From: Eledone cirrhosa
Lineage: Eukaryota
Assembly: GCA_964016885.1 (NCBI GenBank)
Contig: OZ024740.1
Location: 379,440,001 to 379,504,000, forward strand
DNA length: 64,000 nucleotides
Reading direction: 5' to 3'
Under the pieces are notes generated by a model. It searched no databases, was not told the DNA's origin, and worked only from the letters and a program-made list of their open reading frames with translations. A program made the position numbers and the translations under genes. Below are positions 33,242-46,189 of the stretch, piece after piece. Position 1 is the first letter of the stretch, and every line of letters begins with the position of its first letter.

Positions 33242-36200
33242 AGATGAAATCGAAAATGCAACTGGAGTCTTATTTTTTTTTAAAATATATATATTTATTT
33301 GGTTACTTAAATATATATATTTATTTGGTTCCTTTACCGGTTTCGCAGTTCTTCTGCTTTACAAAAGGTGAGTTGAGATGGAAGGTCTGTGGTTTTTCTC
33401 ACATCTGGTTGGTCTCTGAATGTTACTTGTTTTATATGGAAAAAGTGGCTCGAAATGCCAGGTTTTTCGAGAAGTAATTTGATTGGTTTGTCAATAATTA
33501 TAATAAATTTCGCGCCAGTTCGCGTTACAATAGTTCTTCAAATAAGAGGGGGGGGGGGTTGTCACAGGTTGTTTTTTCATATATGAGTGTTTGAATTTCT
33601 TTTTACTTGAAAAAAGGAGCTCACGAAGGCTTTTTTGGGGGGTTGGTTATAAATGAAATTATGGCTGTCACGTGAACAAGTTTTCATTAAATTTTCGTGC
33701 CCTTATTTGGAAATCCATTCTGTAGCCTTTTTAGATAATTTTATGATAAGTGAAAGATAATGGTCAAGAGAAAGGGATGGGAGAATTGTTCTGGTTCAGT
33801 GAATATGGTTAGTTCGCTGGGGTGTCAGAATTCAGATTTTCTATTGAATAAATACAGTAAAGATATAGACTACACAACAACAAGGGAAATACCATTAGAT
33901 ATAATAATACCATTGAAAAAACATTCCAGAAAAATCATTTTTTAGACCAAGGCTACAGGACCCACGACACCCGGTGGCACAAACCGATTTTGAAAAACCG
34001 AAAATAATTAACCTTTCAAATACAAACCTCTCAGCCCAACAAGTAAAAATTCTCTCCAAAGGACTTAAATTCACACCAACACCACAATACTCTAACCCCA
34101 ACGAGATAAATGACGATATCTCACACTTCTGTAGAAAATTACGTCTCACAGAGGAATTCTTTGACAAGGAGAATAACGACGAATCAATTGTACGGAATAA
34201 AAGCAGCTACAACCCAACAAAAGGTAGAAACAGAGTTCTGGACAAATTTTGTGACCACATAGCTACCTTCCCATACCATGAACTACCGAAACCTAAACCC
34301 AAACCCAACACGAGTCGAAGGGAATGGGAGATTATCCATGAACTAAAAAACAATACGGACATTATAATTAAGGAAGCGGACAAGGGAAGTACTGTTGTCA
34401 TTATGGAGGCTGAAAAATATAAAAATTCTATGTTCTCTCTCTTACAAAATACCAATTACTATGAAAGAGTAAAAAACTACCAGCAATCAAAAATAATGAC
34501 TAGATTAAACATACTGATGTATCGATACCATCAAGACCTAACTAAAAAGGAACGCGATTATTTAACACATTTTGAATACAAAACCAGCAACCTTTACGGA
34601 CTTCCGAAGATTCACAAGTGTAAAATAATCAACGATGCCTGTAAACAATCCACCTCAGCCTGCGTGAACACACAATACCCCACAGACCTTAAATTAAGAC
34701 CAATTGTAGCGGGCCCACAATGTGAAACACACAGACTGAGCAACTTTATAGACATTCTACTGAAACCAATTCTGAAACATATACCAAGCCTTGTAAGAGA
34801 CGATCTGGACCTCTTAAACCACCTCCCCAAACATGTCAACAACGACACTATTATTGTGTCTTTCGATGTAGTGAATCTCTACACAACGATCCCACACCAA
34901 TACGGACTAGAAGCAATAGGATTCTGGCTAGAGAAATATCCCAATGAGATACCTGACAGAATAGAAAAAAGCTTCATCACCGAGGGATTAAAATTCATCT
35001 TACAGAACAACTTTTTTGATTTCGATGGCAATACTTACGAGCAAATATCGGGGACTGTGATGGGTACAAAAGCCGTTCCAACTTATGCCAACTTAGTCAT
35101 GGCATACTTAGAAGTCCAGATATATGAACAGTCCAAATCAAAATACGGATTGAACTTCCACAAATATTTATCAGAGAATTGGAAACGCTACTTGGATGAT
35201 TGCCTCACTCTTTGGTCCCACACACTCGACCAACTGAAGGATTTCAAAAACTTAATAAACGGCATCAATAACCACATCCAATTCACAATGGAATACAGCC
35301 AAGATCAACTCCCACTTCTGGACTTCTTAATCTTAAAAAAAGACATAAATATCGAAACTGACATACACTACAAACCAACAGATTCCAAACAATATCTACT
35401 ATTCACCTCCAACCATCCAAAGCACACGAAGACGAACATTCCTTTTAACCTAGCAAGAAGAATTTGCACAATTGTCTCCAATTATGAAACGCGAAATAAA
35501 AGACTTCAAGAATTAAAGGAAATTCTACTCGAGAGAGAGAGTACCCACTATTACTAATAAATAATGGAATAGAAAGGGCTAAAGCAATAGGCATTGATGA
35601 ATTACGGAAACAGAAACAAATTCAATGTGGTCGCTCTAATTGTGGAACCTGCACTCACCTCATTGAAGGCAACACGTATACATTTAAATCAGGACAAAAT
35701 TTTACTGTAAAAAATCACTTCACTTGCTCATCAAAAAATCTATTTTATGCCATTAAATGTAAAGGATGCAATGAAGATTATATAGGACAAACTAAACTCA
35801 CACTCAGAAACAGAATGACAGTTCATCGCCAACAATTACGAGATCCAACCACGAGACAGATACCACTAAGTGCACATCTAGACATTTGCGCAAGTAATAA
35901 GACACCCAAATCCAAGTCTTCCCATTTTAACTTTGCGCTAACAATACAACAGAACAAATATGAATAAATAAGGAAAATATGTTTATTCAAAATATAGACC
36001 AGCATTAAATGTGGTTTAATATACATTATGTCAACACCATAATATGACATACACACACACACACATAACACCTTCTACTTTAGAAAATAAAAACCCGAAC
36101 TAAATAAACCTTAACATACGTTTGCACTGACAATACAACAGAACAAATACGAATAAGTAAAGAAAATATGTTCATTCAAAAATATTCCTACTACAGGAAT

Positions 36201-36459
36201 CATTTTCCTACACACACACAATATATATATATATTCTCTTCATCTTAACATGCTAACCATACTCCCACACACATAACAACCCCCACACCGACAACTCCCT
36301 CCCCCATTTCTACTAATAGAACCACTTTCCTACATACATATACACACACACAAAATATATATTCTCTCCATCTTAACATACTCGCACACACACACATAAC
36401 ACCCATATACACACACACACAACTCCCTCCCCCATTTCTACTAATAGAATCATCTTCCA

Positions 36460-36497
<38 letters not shown>

Positions 36498-37533
36498 GCA
36501 CACAAATAAACATACATATCTTTACTTCAATAGAAAATCTGAACTCTGACACCCCAGCGAACTAACCATATTCACTGAACCAGAACAATTCTCCCAATCC
36601 CATTTCTCTTGACCACTATCTTTCCCTTGTCATAACATTCTCTATAAAGGCTACAGAATAGATTTCCAAATAAGGGCGCAAAACTGTAATGAAAACTTGT
36701 TCACGTGACAGCCAAATTTAATTTATAACCAATCAAATCACGTTTATTAAAAAAAAAGCCTTCGTGAGCCACCCTTTTTTTTAAGTAAAGAAATTCAAAC
36801 ACACACACACACAACACACACACACACACACGCACACACACACAATCACACAAGTAAATATACATATCTTTACTGTCTTTATTCAATAGAAAATCTGAAT
36901 TCTGACACCCCAGCGAACTAACCATATTCACTGAACCAGAACAATTCTCCCATCCCTTTCTCTTGACCATTATCTTTCACTTATCATAAAATTCTCTAAA
37001 AAGGCTACAGAATGGATTTCCAAATAAGGGCACGAAAATTTAATGAAAACTTGTTCACGTGACAGCCATAATTTCATTTATAACCAACCAAAAAAAAGCC
37101 TTCGTGAGCCCCTTTTTTCAAGTAAAAAGAAATTCAAACACTCATATATGAAAAAAACAACCTGTGACAACCCCCCCCCCTTATTTGAAGAACTATTGTA
37201 ACGCGAACTGGCGCGAAATTTATTATAATTATTGACAAACCAATCAAATTACTTCTCGAAAAACCTGGCATTTCGAGCCTCTTTTTCCATATAAAACAAG
37301 TAACATTCAGAGACCAACCAGATGTGAGAAAAACCACAGACCCTCCATCTCAACTCACCTTTTGAAAAGCAGAAGAACTGCGAAACCGGTAAAGGAACCA
37401 AATAAATATATATATTTTTTTTTTAAATAAGACTCCAGTTGCATTTTCGATTTCATCTCTTTTTCTTTATACTTTCACTCGTGTAGGACACCTCGGTTAT
37501 TTTTCAATTTGTAAAAAAAACTCACTTTCTAAT
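33238..37533 (+). mobile_element. Neptune-like PLE with a 5'-inverted pLTR
   Basis: RT 33974-35557; frameshifted CxxxxCxxC finger and LFY..YIGQT GIY-YIG at 35560-35900; 33238-33867 is the reverse complement of 36864-37462; HHR at 37358-37395; (TA)n flanks. Confidence 0.92.
33974..35557 (+). pseudogene. PLE reverse transcriptase (frameshifted before the endonuclease)
   Basis: IINLS..LSKGLKF, EADKGS, YGLPKIHK, LRPIV, SFDVVNLYT, WKRYLDD; frameshift in the (GA)n run at ~35531. Confidence 0.9.
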
Positions 37534-37544
37534 ATATATATATA

Positions 37545-37765
37545 AAGGAACGATCGACTTTCGTCAAATCGGACCGAGGGAACAATGTTTCCGTTGGTCT
37601 TTCCAATTGCTAATACTATCTATCGGTCGCAACTCCAGGTAGAAGGAGCAACGTGAAATAAAGTGTCTTGCTCAAGGACATAACGCATCGCCTGGTGCAG
37701 AAATCGAACTCACAACCTTACGATTGCGAATCCAATTCTCTATCCACTCAGCCACACGCCTTCAC
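37545..37765 (-). mobile_element. tRNA-derived SINE, family 2
   Basis: - strand A box TGGCTGAGTGG, B-box-like GTTCGATTTC, core TCCTTGAGCAAGACACTTTATTTCAC; related pieces near 25250-25400 and 30600-30660. Confidence 0.7.
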
Positions 37766-37777
37766 AATATATATATA

Positions 37778-39167
37778 TTCTTGACTCTTGATTCTTGACC
37801 GACCAGTCTGCCGGGCGTCCATTCAGCGCTGCTAGCCTCAGCACGCCGTCCAGTCCTCTCTGGATCGTGCTTTCCTCATCCATGTAGGAATCATATTCCT
37901 AAAATCGTAAATCCACCTCTGTGGAGGCTGCGGGTACCACTTGGCAACTGCGCGGGTCCACCGATTATCGGTGAACCGGGCGCCGCATGCAGTCCATCTG
38001 AAATTGCTGCGCATATATTCCGTGATGACGTCTCTCACGCCGGACTTCTGTCTGATGACTTCGCTCCTGATGTGCTCTCTCAACGAGATTCCTAGCATTG
38101 ATCTCTCCATGGCTCTTTGAATCGTTACCAGCCTCTGCTCTTCTCTCTTTGTTGAAGCCCAAGTTTCACTGCCATATAACATTGCAGGTAAAACTGTGCT
38201 ATTGAATAGGTTGACGCGGGTGGTCTTGTCCAACCTCCCCTTGAGCACATCCCTTATGCCGTTGAACGCCTTCCATCCAGCCCTTACTCTCCGCGAAATC
38301 TCCCTCTCATTGTCTCGGCGCATGGTCACTTCTTGTCCTAGGTAGACGTATTCCTCCACCTCCTCTATTTCATCACCGCCAACCACCATTCGACGTGTTG
38401 GTACGTTGTCGGACCGCATGAACTTCGTTTTCATGCGGTTCATCTTGAGGCCTACTGCAGAGCTTTTGATGCCGAGCTCCGTCAGCATGGACTGAAGATG
38501 ATCCGTATTTTCAGCGATGAGTACGATGTCATCAGCGAAACGGAGATGGGTAAGTATCTCGCCGTCGATGTTGACACCGCCTTGCCAGTCAATGCCTCTG
38601 ATGATCTGGTCGAGAGACGCGGTGAAAAGTTTTGGAGAGATCGTATCTTCTTGCTTCACCCCCTTCTCGACCGGCGCTCATACGGGTGATGACAGCAGAG
38701 CTATGTCGGTGGTGCATCCAGAATTCACCTCCTTGAGCAGTTGAACGTATTGCGCCTCGATTCCTTGCCTCTGCAGCGCGTTCAGCACTGCGTTGATTTC
38801 GACGCTGTCGAAGGCCTCGTAGTCTACGAACGCGACGCAGAGGCGTCTTGTACTCTTTCGCTCACTCAAGCAGTTGTGTCAGAGTAAATACGTGGTCCAT
38901 CGTGCTGTAGTTCTTCCGGAAGCCGGCTTGCTCTCTCGGTTGCTGTTCGTCCAGATGACGTGATAACCTGTTCAGGATTATCTTCGTGAACAGCTTGTAC
39001 ACGTGAGACAGCAGGCATATGGATGGGTAGTTCTTCAGATCTTCTCTATCGCCCTTCTTGTATGCCAGGATGGTATTCGACTCTTTCCACTGCGAGGGCA
39101 TTCTTCCCTCGTCCAGATAGTGTGTAAATCACTCGGCAAGAATTTTCCAGAGCTGCTCTCCGCCTGA
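37778..39167 (-). mobile_element. 5'-truncated RTE-clade LINE (decayed RT)
   Basis: [50 protein letters not shown]; 3' tail (TCAAGA(A/G))n. Confidence 0.9.
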
Positions 39168-39189
39168 CTATATATATATATATATATAT

Positions 39190-39337
39190 AAAGTAAAAAG
39201 ACCCCCTTCGGGCACGATTGACCGTGGGTTTTGCACCTAGAAAGGAACAATCCCGGGCAGGATATTTTTGTGAAAGGCTAGCAGTTGCCCATACATTCCT
39301 GCTTCCCCTCTTCACACCACCATTGTTGACAAAGGCC

Positions 39338-39338
<1 letters not shown>
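39190..39338 (-). mobile_element. SINE 3' portion, homologous to 30680-30782
   Basis: Shared GTGAAGAGGGGAA..GGAATGTATGGGCAA..CCCGGGATTGTTCCTTTCTA. Confidence 0.55.
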
Positions 39339-39381
<43 letters not shown>

Positions 39382-39423
39382 GGACGCAATTTTTCTTGCA
39401 CCCATACACCTATATATATACAT

Positions 39424-39463
<40 letters not shown>

Positions 39464-40085
39464 CCTGTAGATGGATGGTCGCTTCCAAGTTTAAAATGAC
39501 CGATACACATATGATGTCGATCCCATGATTCCAATCAGAATTATGGAATTAGTGATGAGTCATATATATATGTGTGTGAATTGGAGTATGTGAATTCGAG
39601 TATGTATATGTATCTAAAATCTATATAAAGGTGGCATTGTAATATATGAAATACCAATAACTTATTAAATATTTTATCACTTTTATGCGTAATCATTTTA
39701 GTTAAAGGAAATGTAGATTTATTTGAGAACAATAAAAACTGAACATTTAATGTGGAAGAAAAAGAAAAATACATATTATTATGCAAGTATAAGATTTGAT
39801 CATAGGAACAAATGAAATATACTAATTGAATTTTTTACATAAAGATCGATATTGGGTTTTCTGAAACATACATACACTGTTTTTATTGGCATTATGTAGG
39901 CATAGGTTTGAGTAGTCATTGCTTTGAGTAGTTAGTAAGCTGCTAGATATTTTATTTAAAAAATGAAAAATTAAAACAAACAATCTTCTGAAAGCTTTAT
40001 AGATGTACTGTGAATGTGTTGGAGAACATCGTAAAATAATAACAACAATAACAACAACAACAACAACAACAACAATAACAACAAC

Positions 40086-40126
<41 letters not shown>

Positions 40127-40388
40127 TGATTTCTTTATTAACCACAAGGGTTTACATAAAGTAGACATTAAGGACAGTGCAGGACAATGCAGGACGGTAC
40201 AAATGGGCATTTCTGCGTGTAAAAAACAAAAACAGAGGATGTAACAAAAATAACAATGAAAATAACAATGAAAAATTCCCCAATAGGGGGGAGACTTCGG
40301 AGGGACATTTGTGGTGAAAGCCCAGTAAAAAGCCACAATGACCCTGACCACCAAGGCAAGTGCCCTCTCCCAGTTTTCCACCTTTAAT

Positions 40389-43300
40389 TTACAGATATAT
40401 ACTCAGAGTAGGCCCATTCACTCGGGCCATTCTTGCTTCTCTCACCCATCTTTCAACAAAATGCTGGGAAGAGAGCACTTCCCTCTCTACTCTGATTTTC
40501 CTTTTCAAATGAAATTTGAAAAAGTCAATCAGAGCATCACCGAAGAGGTAAGTGCTCGTCTTCAGCCCTTTCAAACGTGTCCACCATACTATCTCTTTCG
40601 TCATGGCCACCAGACAGATAAAAACTGCCTGCCCTTCCCGGCTAAAGGAGGAGGGCGGGGCAATCCTCACGATGGACTCAGATGATAGCCGGATCCGTCC
40701 TAAACGCGACAGCAGGTGTTCGACATAAACCCACAAGTCAGCAATTTTCGGACACTGGACGAGTGCGTGCAGGACGGTTTCGTCGCCCTGCGCGCATCTC
40801 GGACATGCCCGGCTGACGGCACCTCCATGCCTGTAGAGTTTATCCCGAACTGGCAAGGCTCCTCGGTAGCACTGCCAGGCCAGAGATTTCTGGAAGTTGT
40901 CCATAGGCCCTGGCCCGAAAGTTCTTCCGAAGAGATTGGCTAGTTGATTTTCGTCGACGCCTAGAGTTTCCCCAAGTACGTCGTCGCTCTTCCCCTCCAC
41001 TAATCCTCTATAGAACGCCGAGGTGGAGTTTCCACCGATCACATTGCCCGATTGGTCGAGGGCTGTGAGCGCCTGAAGACATTCCAGTCTCCAGGCGCTA
41101 CCTCTCGGTCTTCGCTTGACCCAGGACTGCAGCTCCGTCAAGGAAACGAGCTGGGGAAATACGCGTCTAGCAAACGGCGACCACACCTGATCACCGTCGA
41201 GGAAGAGGTGGAGATGTCGTAGCCTGAGCGCGTGCCTGCGCATCATCAGCCACGGCATGCCCAGCCCTCCACGTAGCGGGTGTTGACAACAGATGAACCG
41301 CCTGACCATCGGAGCTCGTCCCTTCCACAAAAAGCGAAAGAGCAAACGCTCCAGCGCAGTCAGGCGAGGCTTAGGACAAGGTACGACGGTCAGGCGGTAG
41401 CAGATGACAGACGCGATGTACGCGTTAGCCACCTCCGCTCGACCTTTCAGGGATAGCTTCCTCTCCGCCCATTTCTGGGTGAGAGAAGCCACCCTGCTCG
41501 TCACCTCGTCCCAGTTTTTGTCCGTCTGGAGGTCCGGACCGAACCAGACCCCTAGCAATTTAACCGGTCCGTCCGTCCAGCGTCCGACGACGCTGTTGGA
41601 CGGCATGAACCTGCCTCTCCAGGTGCCGAGCTGCAGGCCCACTGACTTTTCCTGGTTGATCGTTGCTCCTGTCACCGCTTCGTATTCTCTTAGTGTAGTG
41701 CCGATCGCCTCGATGTGTTTGGCGTTCGACACCACTACGGTGACATCGTCCGCATATGCTGACACGGATCTTCCGCATCCTAGTTCGCGCGGGACGCCCC
41801 TCAACGTCTCCAGTTTGTGCAGTAATGGCTCGAGAGTCAATACGTACAAGAGGGACGAGAGGGGACATCCTTGGCGGACCGAGCGCATGATGTTGAACGG
41901 TTCCGACAGGTGACCGTTCACTCTCACCACAGAGCAGATGTCGCTGTGCATGGCAGCGATCCAGCCTCTGAAGACGGGCCCAAAGCCAGCCGCCCTCAGG
42001 ACTGCCGCTAGGTAACGATGGTCGACCCTATCGAAAGCTTTCGACTGATCTAAATTGATCAAGGACCCACCCGTGCCAGGTTCCCTAGCTACCCTCTCTA
42101 CGATGTATCGCATGAGGTGGAGGTTGTCGTGGATGGATCTGTCGGGAATGGCGCATGTCTGCGCCTCTCCCACCAGACCACCAACGACAAGCGCCAACCT
42201 CTTTGCTAGCACCTTGGCCAAAATCTTAAACTCTGTGTTTAGCAGAGTTATGGGCCGGAAATTTTCTATGTTATCCTCCTTGTTCGGATCCTTTCTCAGC
42301 AGTGTCACCGCTCCTCGGCTCACAGAACTGGGAATTCTCCCGTTCTGTTGCCAGTTGCAGTAGACGTCCGCCAAGAGGCCTCCGAACAAGTCTGGCATCT
42401 GTACGTAAAGTTCATAGGGCAGACCATCCAAACCAGGCGATTTACCCCTTGTGCAGCCAGTCATTGCCTCCCTTACTTCAGCGGCTGTTATCGGCTTTTC
42501 GCAACACTTCGCCTCAGTGGCCGAGAGCCGCGGCAGTCCGTCGAGGTAGACACTAAAGTCCATCCCTCGACCCGGCCCACCGCTGCCCCCGAACAGCTGA
42601 GCGAAGTGTCGCTGAAAAGCTTCACACATTTGCCCGGGATCGAGTAACATGCGCCCGTCGTGGTCCACCAAAGACCGGATCGTGGCTTTGTTGCCACGAT
42701 GCGCCTCCGCCACTCGGGCCCATTGAACGGCTTTCGTCCCCTCGTGTCTGAGAGCACGCACCCTTGCTCTGACAACGCAGCCTTCGTGCTTTGCATTGAA
42801 GAATTGGTCAAGGGCCAATTTCGCCGCAAGCACGTCGGTCGCAATGCCTTTGCTAAGCGCCTCGTCTAATTTTCTAACTAGTTCTCCCTCTGCTCTATTT
42901 TTCTCTATTGCTAAAGCCTTACTAAACCTAATGGATTCTATTCTAATCGCTCTTTTCAGAGCAAACCACCACTTGTTGTTGACGATGGCCCCCGTCAACG
43001 CCCGCTTAACTAGTTCGCTAATCCGGTCTCTGTAGGCCTTGCGCGCTGGTAAGGACGCGTTTAGCTTCCAGTAGCCGGGTCCTCGTCTATGAAGCCTATC
43101 TAAGTCAAGCACACAGATCACGAATTTGTGGTCCGTGTAGCTGAGTATCTTGAATTGTGGACAGCCTATGCTAGACCTATCTATTTCCCTACAAAATACT
43201 CTATCTAGATATGATCTGGATGACCCTATGCGATTTGTCCAAGTCCACATTGGCGCATTCGGGAAATCCAATCGGTACCTGTCAGACAGTTCAAAACGCC

Positions 43301-43808
43301 TGAGCAGGTTGGTGAGGCTCTTGCACCCTCCACCCCTATCCGCTAATCCCACACAGTCCCAGCGTGCATCTAAGATCCCGTTCCAGTCGCCCACTAACAC
43401 TAAAGAGCGGGACGTTCCAAGAAAGGTCTCCAGACGCCGGAAGAAATCAGGCCGCCCTGCTCCTGTCGGGGCATAGACGGCCACTAGCCTGAAAGCTTGC
43501 CCGTCTCCGCTGGTCACGTCCAGCACCACCAGCTTACCCTCTGGGTCCAGGAAGATGGCCCGTATGGCGAGATCCAAACCTCTCCGAAAAAGCACAGCAA
43601 CTCCTCCACCCGATCCAGGACGGCTGGGAGATGCGTACACATCGTAGCCGCCGAAGATCGGTGCGAAGGCCCGTGCTTCGGAGATTCTGGTCTCGCTGAT
43701 GGCCACTACATCTATGTTTAGTGACCTGAGGTCGTTGAGCAGGTGACCCTGCTTCCATGACGACCCCAAGCCACGCGCATTTATGCTGCCTATTCTGAGT
43801 GAGGTCAT
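40389..43808 (-). CDS. ORF2: APE endonuclease, reverse transcriptase and C-terminal zinc finger, intact 1139 aa
   Basis: SINARGL, SETR, VYAP, GDWN, YLDR, TDH, PGYWKLN; KSPGLDG, FRPITLLN, DQSKAFDRVDH, VRQGCPLS, YADD; CPRC..ETVLHALVQC. Confidence 0.95.
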   Translation of the reverse strand: MTSLRIGSINARGLGSSWKQGHLLNDLRSLNIDVVAISETRISEARAFAPIFGGYDVYASPSRPGSGGGVAVLFRRGLDLAIRAIFLDPEGKLVVLDVTSGDGQAFRLVAVYAPTGAGRPDFFRRLETFLGTSRSLVLVGDWNGILDARWDCVGLADRGGGCKSLTNLLRRFELSDRYRLDFPNAPMWTWTNRIGSSRSYLDRVFCREIDRSSIGCPQFKILSYTDHKFVICVLDLDRLHRRGPGYWKLNASLPARKAYRDRISELVKRALTGAIVNNKWWFALKRAIRIESIRFSKALAIEKNRAEGELVRKLDEALSKGIATDVLAAKLALDQFFNAKHEGCVVRARVRALRHEGTKAVQWARVAEAHRGNKATIRSLVDHDGRMLLDPGQMCEAFQRHFAQLFGGSGGPGRGMDFSVYLDGLPRLSATEAKCCEKPITAAEVREAMTGCTRGKSPGLDGLPYELYVQMPDLFGGLLADVYCNWQQNGRIPSSVSRGAVTLLRKDPNKEDNIENFRPITLLNTEFKILAKVLAKRLALVVGGLVGEAQTCAIPDRSIHDNLHLMRYIVERVAREPGTGGSLINLDQSKAFDRVDHRYLAAVLRAAGFGPVFRGWIAAMHSDICSVVRVNGHLSEPFNIMRSVRQGCPLSSLLYVLTLEPLLHKLETLRGVPRELGCGRSVSAYADDVTVVVSNAKHIEAIGTTLREYEAVTGATINQEKSVGLQLGTWRGRFMPSNSVVGRWTDGPVKLLGVWFGPDLQTDKNWDEVTSRVASLTQKWAERKLSLKGRAEVANAYIASVICYRLTVVPCPKPRLTALERLLFRFLWKGRAPMVRRFICCQHPLRGGLGMPWLMMRRHALRLRHLHLFLDGDQVWSPFARRVFPQLVSLTELQSWVKRRPRGSAWRLECLQALTALDQSGNVIGGNSTSAFYRGLVEGKSDDVLGETLGVDENQLANLFGRTFGPGPMDNFQKSLAWQCYRGALPVRDKLYRHGGAVSRACPRCAQGDETVLHALVQCPKIADLWVYVEHLLSRLGRIRLSSESIVRIAPPSSFSREGQAVFICLVAMTKEIVWWTRLKGLKTSTYLFGDALIDFFKFHLKRKIRVEREVLSSQHFVERWVREARMARVNGPTLSIYL

Positions 43809-43843
43809 GTTTAAAATAGAGTGGAAAAGATGGGAAAGACCAC

Positions 43844-45918
43844 TTACCGTACTTTTGGTAGAGGAGGGATGGTTTTTACATCCCTTTTCACTTGATCGTC
43901 TGGTGAAGGGACCGTTGAATCGTCCCTTCGGCTGGTCGTCGGCTCTTCTAAGAGAATGTCTGAATATGCTCTTCGATTGATGGTTCCTCCTAGGTCCCTG
44001 AAATCACCAACTGCGTTGGGGAATTTCGTTTTAATGTTTGTGTATTGTTTCTGTGCTATTTTTAGCAGTCTTATGTTAGTTGGCGTTTTGATTGGTGCTG
44101 GTATTATGTAGTCCTGTTGTGAAATGTCTGTGTGTTCAATTATGTAAGTCATTAGTTTCTTGTTGTGTGTATTTATTGCCGTGCATTTGTTTTTCTGGGG
44201 GTGGGGTGTGGTTCTGCTATTTTCTTGTCGTTGTTGCTGGGTGTGTGTGTTTTGTTGTTGTGTTTGCGATGTTGGTGCTTGTGGTGGTGGTGGTGTTGAA
44301 GGTGTTGTTGGCGGTGGGGTTGTCGCCGGTGGTGATGGTGGTGCTAGTGTGGGTGGTGATGGTGTTGGTGGTGTTGCTGCTGTGGGTCTCTTTGCAGTAG
44401 ACTTTACCCTTTTCTCATTTCTTTCCTCCCTTTTCAAAGGCGACGATGCGCTGCTTCTGCGTTTGTGCCTTCTTACGACCTTTTGCCATCCCTCTCCCAC
44501 CTCACACTCCATGTCTGATTCTGTGAGGTCGGGGAGGGGTACCACCTCCACTCTTTCACTTGTTGTTGTTGGTGATGTTTGCACTGGAGTCTCTGTTGCA
44601 GCTGCATTTGGTATTGCTGTTGTTGTTGTTAATATTTCCACTGCTGCTGCTGTTTTTGATTTCCGTGGCGTGGGTATGGGTGCCACGGACCTATCGTTCC
44701 TGGTTGCCGCTTGTCCTGTTGCTGGTAGCCGTGGAGCCGGATTCGGAAGGAGGGGGGTTTTCTCCTTTCTCAGGGTCTTCTCGTTGCAGAAGGCCCTGAG
44801 GTGAGTCTTCGATCCACAGCGAAAGCATTTCGGGCGTTTGCCTTCAACACTTATGGGCAGTTGAGTGCCGTTATCGAAGTCTATCACATCCGGGATAGCT
44901 TCGATGCACTCCTGGTTGGTTTGGATTAGCATCTCAATGGAGGTGCCGACCCAATCTTCTCTTGCAGTACAGTTGTTTTGTCCTCGATTCCGACGAGGAC
45001 AGACGCGGCCAGCCAAGAAGGGGCCATTCCGGGGGGGACGTGGGTCATTTTGACCCTCACAATTTTTTGCCCGCAGTAGGAGGGCACCAACACCATTTCC
45101 TCGCTCCTTAGGGTCACTACGGATTGGGCCTTTGCTTCCTGGGGTGTGGCAAAAAGTACGTCTACGGTGGCATATTTTTTGCCTCGGGTGATGTGCGTTT
45201 TCCGCTGCCACACAGACCCCAAGGCTTTTTGTATTTGGGCCTCTGAGGCTCTTTCCACCCTACGGGATTTTGTACTTACTATACGGTACGTGACCGTACA
45301 GTGCTCTTGGGTTTCGAAAAATGTTTCCGCTGCCTTGCAGATTGCTCGGTGTCCATTCTTTGTCACCATCTTCTTTGCTTCCTCTAATTCCTCATTTGTT
45401 ATGAGGATTGTTTCCAAGTTTTTCGCAATACCTGCAAATGAGATTGGTTTTTCTTTGCTGCTGTTGTTGTCGTCAGAGCTTTTGTTGTTGCTGCAGGTAC
45501 TACGACTACTGCCTTCGCCGCTGTTGCTGTGGTTGTTGTTGGTGTTGCTGCTGCTAATGCTGTTGTTGTTTATGCTGCTGGTGATGCTGTTGCGGCTGCT
45601 ACTGTTGTTTTCATTGTCACTGTTGCTGTTGTTATTACGGCTGCTACTGCTATTATTCCTGACGTCAGACGAATGAACTGGGTTTTCGTATTTCCCGCAC
45701 ACCTGTTTCGTCGCTGTCGTCGTCGTCGTGGAGAAACCTTGCACGCTTTGCACGAGACTTTTCTTTTCTTTCGTCGCTTGCGAAAGAGAAGGGAGGGAGA
45801 GAGACACATTTAAAGAAGGGAGGGAGAGAGACAATCTTCTCTCTGCTGTAGTGATGATTGAAGAAGAAGAAGACGGAATGAGTGGGAGTGACCTATGCAA
45901 ATTCTTTTTCGTAGCCAT
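43844..45918 (-). pseudogene. ORF1 (Gag-like, zinc knuckle) with one frameshift near 44960
   Basis: MATKK start at 45918, Asn/Ser tract, ISFAGIAK, frame switch at TTVLQ/AREDW, CFRCGSKTHLRAFC knuckle, Pro/Thr-rich tail. Confidence 0.8.
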
Positions 45919-46134
45919 GTTGACTTTTTTGTTTAAAATAAATATTGGGTACAAAACCCCAATAAGCAGTTATTTAACCGCGAAGGGCCAAATAACGGGC
46001 AGAAAGACCCCTCTCACGAGGAGGAGGGTGTTTTTGTCTACAAGTTGGTCTAAGTTTTAAACAATTTACAATTGTTAAAGCGTTCAAAATTTACAGTACC
46101 TTACAGAGCCGAGCCTCCGTCAACCATAGCATTC

Positions 46135-46169
<35 letters not shown>

Positions 46170-46189
46170 TAATAATAATAATAAAAACA

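Larger units (their letters stand above)
40122..46134 (-). mobile_element. Full-length Tx1/L1-type LINE inside (AAT)n
   Basis: 5' UTR, ORF1, ORF2 and 3' UTR with AATAAA (40134-40139, - strand); (AAT)n directly on both sides. Confidence 0.92.

Noticed and set aside
44160-45676. + strand ORFs of 214 and 176 aa
   Set aside because: Antisense shadows of low-complexity Tx1 ORF1
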